Assembly (NCBI GenBank): GCA_021813145.1
Contig: JAKALS010000005.1
Span: forward strand, 74,022 to 123,620
Direction: 5' to 3'
DNA from: a bacterium
GTDB taxonomy: Bacteria > Patescibacteriota > Microgenomatia > Levybacterales > UBA12049
Length of the DNA: 49,599 nt
Within the stretch, counting starts at the first letter, position 1, and the number at the start of each line of letters is the position of its first letter. The notes under the pieces are model-generated. The model had not been told where the DNA came from. It searched no databases and saw only the letters and a program-made list of their open reading frames with translations. Shown piece after piece: positions 45,554 through 49,599 of this stretch. A program made the position numbers and the translations under genes.

Positions 45554-45856
45554 ATGATATTTTTATGGACTTGGGGAGGAATCTTCTTTGGTTATAGAAA
45601 AGACAACTATCTATGGACTCATGACGGAAAAAATGTGGGAAAATTTTATGATAACGAAGTTTATGATATGAATGGAGAATACTTGGGAGAAATAAGAAAT
45701 GAAAATAGACTAATAATAAACTTGAATAAAGGAAATTATAGAAAGCCTCCGTTTACTCCTTATGCAGATGTTATAGGGATTGTACCTTATGCAAATTATG
45801 TTGGATATGTAATGTATGTTGGGCATGAAGATTTTCATTTACCAGAAGATTTATAA
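45554..45856 (+). CDS. Hypothetical protein, 4-fold beta-flower-like
   Basis: Repeated LWTxxGxxxG / VYDMNGEYLG units; strong SD GGAGGTGA. Confidence 0.7.
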   Translation: MIFLWTWGGIFFGYRKDNYLWTHDGKNVGKFYDNEVYDMNGEYLGEIRNENRLIINLNKGNYRKPPFTPYADVIGIVPYANYVGYVMYVGHEDFHLPEDL

Positions 45857-45875
45857 GTGGAGGGGGTGAAAACAT

Positions 45876-46172
45876 ATGGCTAAACAAATAATATGCGCCA
45901 ATAAACCAAGCGGAAATCTACATAATCCTCATGAAACTGTTACTGACTATGGTTGGCATGATGATATTACAAATACCAATGGAATATGGGATAGGCAGAC
46001 TATGGTTGATTGGGTCAATGCTGGAAATAGGGCATACGTGGGAAACAATGGAAAAGTGAGCGAATGCGCTGTTAGGGGGATTCCTCCAAGGCAATTTTTG
46101 CAGACACATGCAGATGGTTATTGGAACGATAACATTGTTAACTTACCGAATTGCATAGTGTCCAATATTTAG
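45876..46172 (+). CDS. DUF3892-like protein
   Basis: RQTMVDWVNAGNRAYV...FLQTHADGYWNDNIVNLPNC; SD GGGGGTGA. Confidence 0.75.
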   Translation: MAKQIICANKPSGNLHNPHETVTDYGWHDDITNTNGIWDRQTMVDWVNAGNRAYVGNNGKVSECAVRGIPPRQFLQTHADGYWNDNIVNLPNCIVSNI

Positions 46173-46173
46173 A

Positions 46174-46902
46174 ATGAAGTGTTGCTTATGTTTGCAAGAG
46201 AAAAAACTTGTTGATGCCCATATTATTCCAAAATGGGCCTTCATGTATTTATATCCCGAATCGAAAGTTCAGCCTTTAATATTAATAGGTACAGAAGGGA
46301 ATAAGAAGAGCAGGGTTGGAGTTTATGACCCAAATATCCTTTGCAAGGAATGCGACGGATTTATAGGTATTTTTAATAATTATGGGAAAAAAGTATTTCT
46401 AGAAAAACAATTGGAAGATTCGCAATTTCAAGGCCTGGCTTATGTAATTAAAGATATTAAACCCGAGGAATTAAAAATATTTTTACTTTCAGTAATTTGG
46501 AGAGCTTCAATTTCAAAAAGAGAAGAAGTAAAGGCTATCAGTCTTGGCCCCTATGAAGATAAAATACACAATCTTCTCTTTAAAAAGAAAGAAAATAAAG
46601 ACATAACTCCAGACTTAAAAGAATTCTCAATTTTAATTTCTCGATTTGGGGAGGGTGGCTATCCTGATTTAACAAATAAAAATATTCAACTTCCTTTATT
46701 TACAAGAGTCGATGGTGTTAATTTTAATATTGTATATTTTCCCCGAGGTTTTAAAATTTATATAAAAACAGATAAAAGGCTAATCAGTGAACCATTTAAT
46801 AAATTAGAATTAAAAGACGGTGATCTTATTGTTTTAAAGTTAAAAAACTTTCAAGAGAGTAAAGAATTTTACCAAATGAGAAAATTTCTTAAGGATAAAT
46901 AG
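46174..46902 (+). CDS. Putative HNH-like Zn-binding nuclease
   Basis: CCLC...DAHIIPKW...ILCKECD; FLLSVIWRAS. Confidence 0.6.
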   Translation: MKCCLCLQEKKLVDAHIIPKWAFMYLYPESKVQPLILIGTEGNKKSRVGVYDPNILCKECDGFIGIFNNYGKKVFLEKQLEDSQFQGLAYVIKDIKPEELKIFLLSVIWRASISKREEVKAISLGPYEDKIHNLLFKKKENKDITPDLKEFSILISRFGEGGYPDLTNKNIQLPLFTRVDGVNFNIVYFPRGFKIYIKTDKRLISEPFNKLELKDGDLIVLKLKNFQESKEFYQMRKFLKDK

Positions 46903-46937
46903 ATTGCCCTTAGGGTAGAAATAATCTCAAGCTCCGC

Positions 46938-46961
46938 GTCGCAAAATAGAGGATTTACGTC
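46938..46961 (-). repeat. 24-bp palindromic putative recombination site F (inverted relative to A-E)
   Basis: Plus strand GTCGCAAA ATAGAGGA TTTACGTC; the reverse complement ends TTTGCGAC-GCGGAGC, like site E. Confidence 0.75.
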
Positions 46962-47022
46962 GATATATCTATGGATGTGCATAGACTATGCTATATAATA
47001 ATACTTTATACTACATTTATGC

Positions 47023-47051
47023 TTGACAAGTAGTGTTATATAGTATAAAAT
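47023..47051 (+). promoter_or_regulatory. Leaderless-type sigma70 promoter
   Basis: TTGACA-17-TAAAAT, 7 nt before ATG 47059. Confidence 0.7.
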
Positions 47052-47058
47052 AGTTTAA

Positions 47059-47994
47059 ATGGATAATAAATTACAATTATTAAAGACTAAAAAACAATGG
47101 TTAGAAAACTATAAACCATTTCCAAAAGAGATTGAAATAAATCTCCAGGAATGGTTTCGTATTGAATTAACGTATACATCTAATGCTATTGAAGGTAATA
47201 CTTTAACTCGTCAGGAAACTGCTTTAGTAGTCGATGAAGGATTAACAGTTGAGGGTAAAAGCTTAACTGAGCATCAGGAGGCAATAAATCATTCTTTGGC
47301 CTTAGATTATATTTATGCCCTGGCAAATCAAAAACAGAAGTTAAGTTTAAATGAAATATTAGAAATTCATAATATTATTCTTAATAAAATTGATGATTCT
47401 AATAAAGGTAGATTGCGAACGGTTTCAGTAAGACTTAAAGGATCTGAAACAATTTTGCCAAATCCACTAAAAGTTCCCGAATTAATGAATGATTTTGTTA
47501 TTTGGCTTCAGGATGAAGACCAGAATGATCCAATTAAATTTGCGATAGATGCACATTTTAAATTCGTCACTATTCATCCGTTTGTTGATGGGAATGGTAG
47601 GGTTGGACGATTATTAATGAATTTGTTATTAATAAGAGCAGGATATCCACCAGCAATTATTCGAAAAGAAGATAGAAATGAATACGTAAAATCTTTGGAA
47701 AAAGGTCAAACCAAAGAAGAAATGGATGATTATTATACTTTAATGATTAATGCTGTAGATAGATCGTTAGATATATATCTCGAAGCGTTAAATCCGAAGG
47801 AAGAAAATGTAAATGAAATTCAAGAAAAAAGGTTTCTTACTACTGATGAAGTTGCAAAATTACTACAGGTAGATCCGGAGAGTGTTAGGCGTTATGTAAG
47901 ACGCGGTGATTTAAAAGCAGTAAAATTAGGTGGTAAATTTATTAGAATTGAAAAAGTAGATTTAAATAAGTTCATCGAAAAACTCAAAAAATAA
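47059..47994 (+). CDS. Fic-family protein with C-terminal excisionase-like HTH_17 domain
   Basis: SNAIEGN; HPFVDGNGRVGR; FLTTDEVAKLLQVDPESVRRYVRRGDLKAVKLGGKFIRI. Confidence 0.92.
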   Translation: MDNKLQLLKTKKQWLENYKPFPKEIEINLQEWFRIELTYTSNAIEGNTLTRQETALVVDEGLTVEGKSLTEHQEAINHSLALDYIYALANQKQKLSLNEILEIHNIILNKIDDSNKGRLRTVSVRLKGSETILPNPLKVPELMNDFVIWLQDEDQNDPIKFAIDAHFKFVTIHPFVDGNGRVGRLLMNLLLIRAGYPPAIIRKEDRNEYVKSLEKGQTKEEMDDYYTLMINAVDRSLDIYLEALNPKEENVNEIQEKRFLTTDEVAKLLQVDPESVRRYVRRGDLKAVKLGGKFIRIEKVDLNKFIEKLKK

Positions 47995-48009
47995 TTTAAT
48001 TTAGATCAT

Positions 48010-48033
48010 GTCGTAAAAACTAGGCTTTACGAC
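48010..48033 (-). repeat. 24-bp palindromic putative recombination site G (perfect arms, inverted relative to A-E)
   Basis: GTCGTAAA AACTAGGC TTTACGAC; arms extend to 9 bp (TGTCGTAAA/TTTACGACA). Confidence 0.85.
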
Positions 48034-48072
48034 AAATTTGACTTACAGGGTTTAAAGGGATATGACTAGGGT

Positions 48073-48246
48073 ATGGCAAAGATCAATGCACAGTGGCACA
48101 AAGAAAACAGGATGTCCGACTATTTAAAAAAGGCGGAAGGCACTACCCAATTACAACAAAGAGTAAAGTGGCATAAAGAACATTTAAAAAATTGCTCCTG
48201 CAGGACAGATATTCCCGCCTCTCTTAAAAAATACTTTGACTTCTAA
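48073..48246 (+). CDS. 57-aa His/Cys-containing small protein (not in the ORF track)
   Basis: MAKINAQWHKENRMSDYLKKAEGTTQLQQRVKWHKEHLKNCSCRTDIPASLKKYFDF; TTGACT-17-TATGAC-6-ATG. Confidence 0.65.
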   Translation: MAKINAQWHKENRMSDYLKKAEGTTQLQQRVKWHKEHLKNCSCRTDIPASLKKYFDF

Positions 48247-48301
48247 CGTTACAACTTTACAAACTTTATAACCTTATGAACTTAAGTGTTATACTATTCT
48301 T

Positions 48302-48772
48302 GTGAAGATAAAAAGTTTTAATACTTTGTTAACTTCTTTAATGCTCACCTTAGGGGCGGGGGTTGTCGGCTCTCTCTTTACAATAGACTCCATTAATGGC
48401 TGGTACGAAACCTTAAATAAACCTTTTTTTAACCCTCCGAATTTTATTTTCGGGCCAGTATGGACATTCCTTTTTATTCTAATGGGGATTTCCTTGTATC
48501 TTGTCCTTGTTAAAAAACCGAAAAATAATTCGGGAGTAAAAATATTCTGGGCACAGCTTATGCTGAATATTTTATGGTCCGTAATTTTTTTCTATTTACA
48601 TAATCCGTTGATTGCATTTTTAGAAATAATAATTCTTTGGATTTTTATTTTTCTTTCCATAAAATACTTTTACAAAATTTCCAAAAACGCAGCTTACCTT
48701 CTTATTCCTTATATGCTCTGGGTTACCTTTGCCGCATTTTTAAATCTTTCCATAGTTGTTTTGAACCACTAG
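48302..48772 (+). CDS. tspO: TspO/MBR tryptophan-rich sensory protein
   Basis: WYETLNKPFFNPPNFIFGPVWT, QLMLNILWSVIFF, LLIPYMLWVTFA. Confidence 0.93.
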   Translation: MKIKSFNTLLTSLMLTLGAGVVGSLFTIDSINGWYETLNKPFFNPPNFIFGPVWTFLFILMGISLYLVLVKKPKNNSGVKIFWAQLMLNILWSVIFFYLHNPLIAFLEIIILWIFIFLSIKYFYKISKNAAYLLIPYMLWVTFAAFLNLSIVVLNH

Positions 48773-48818
48773 ACGCTTAGACATAAGATTTAAGATTTAG
48801 GACGGAAGAAGGGAGAGA

Positions 48819-49430
48819 TTAGATGAAAGAATTGAGTTTTGTGAGTTCGTGTTGGGAAAATCTTCCTCTTTTCAAATCGAATTCGAGTATTTGATGCCTT
48901 ATTCCGCTTTCATCAAGGGTTTTTAAAAATCCGTCGATTGTTTTTCCGTCCCAACCCTGATAGTAATTGTTATGTATTTTTTTTGGGTCTTCCTGGAAAA
49001 GGAATAAGAGGCCCTTATTTCCTTGTCTTGTAAAAATTCCCTCTATTATTTCGGTTCTATTCATTTTTAATTCTTCCCAGGCCTCCAAATCCCTAGTCGA
49101 GGGGATCAGGGACTCTTTAAGATTTCTTCCCAAAATAAGGGGGTGTCCGTGAATGAAAAGGAAAGTGTCGTCAAAAAATTCAACTCCGACGCTTAAAGAA
49201 TCATGCGCATTTTCTATGGAACCGATTTTTCTTGATTTATTGAGATGTGAAACAAAAGGAATTCCTTCAAAATTTGATACGGTAAAAGCGCTTTCGGAAA
49301 AATTGAACTGAAGAGGGTTAGACATTTCTATAAGATTTTCCAAAAAATCTGCCCTTTGAAATGTTTTTCGCAGAACCCCAGGGGTAGCCAAAGGTCGCTC
49401 GGCCGGTCTTAAACGTTCTTGTATAGCCAT
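48819..49430 (-). CDS. Hypothetical protein with a JAB/MPN-like motif
   Basis: ESAF...FIHGHP...PSTRDL; TTGACA-17-TAATAT 8 nt before ATG 49430. Confidence 0.6.
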   Translation of the reverse strand: MAIQERLRPAERPLATPGVLRKTFQRADFLENLIEMSNPLQFNFSESAFTVSNFEGIPFVSHLNKSRKIGSIENAHDSLSVGVEFFDDTFLFIHGHPLILGRNLKESLIPSTRDLEAWEELKMNRTEIIEGIFTRQGNKGLLFLFQEDPKKIHNNYYQGWDGKTIDGFLKTLDESGIRHQILEFDLKRGRFSQHELTKLNSFI

Positions 49431-49472
49431 AGCCACGAATATTACAACTTATAGTAATTTTTGTCAAATATC

Positions 49473-49599
49473 TGTGCTGGCACCCTAGATAGAGAACGGT
49501 CGTTCTCCTTTCTGTCTTTGGTACTCTTGTACAACCTGAAATGGAGTTTTGTAACCCAAAGACTGATGATATCTTTTAGTATTGTACTTGGTATTAAAC
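49473..49599 (-). mobile_element. Right end of an IS481/IS3-like insertion sequence (transposase 3' end 49485-49598)
   Basis: Manual translation FNTKYNTKRYHQSLGYKTPFQVVQEYQRQKGERPFSI* (integrase-core YNxxRxHxSLGYxTP); TGT terminus at 49473, 12 bp beyond the stop. Confidence 0.75.

Noticed and set aside
37042..48033. 24-bp repeats as a CRISPR array or integron attC sites
   Set aside because: Spacing is 1-5 kb with whole genes between copies and no cas genes. The sites are too short and lack the RYYYAAC/GTTRRRY ends of attC, and no intI is present.
1..49599. tRNA, rRNA or tmRNA genes
   Set aside because: No cloverleaf or rRNA-like segment recognised by eye; tRNAscan-SE/Infernal would be needed to exclude them formally.

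Overview
Bacterial chromosomal window, genetic code 11. Gene content and reduced gene forms (short IF2 and AlaRS, CPR-type pilin, sortase, baseplate-J-like protein, AMP phosphorylase) suggest a Patescibacteria/CPR genome, probably Microgenomates (inference). 1-10.1 kb: pilin, VirB6/TrbL-like membrane protein, two atypical Clp ATPases and a secreted peptidase-like protein. 10.7-24 kb (+): nusA, infB, DHH-like, rpsO, pnp, Lon-type AAA module, rnj, ftsK, RodZ-like. 24-34.8 kb (-): mltG, AMP phosphorylase, sortase, baseplate-J-like, alaS, GT2. About 34.9-48.05 kb is a visibly AT-richer accessory island (XRE/ImmA, DEDDh exonuclease, AAA-DUF4143, two Fic proteins, HATPase-STAS, wHTH-PRTase, putative type IV restriction pair). 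The main finding is seven near-complete copies plus one degenerate copy of a 24-bp palindrome (KTCGYAAA-N8-TKTRCGAC) that sit only between genes and divide the island into mostly single-gene modules, each with its own promoter. The site resembles loxP/dif-type tyrosine recombinase targets, suggesting a cassette array whose recombinase lies outside the window. Many genes appear leaderless. The window ends in an IS481-like transposase 3' end. All family assignments come from motif recognition by eye, not database searches.
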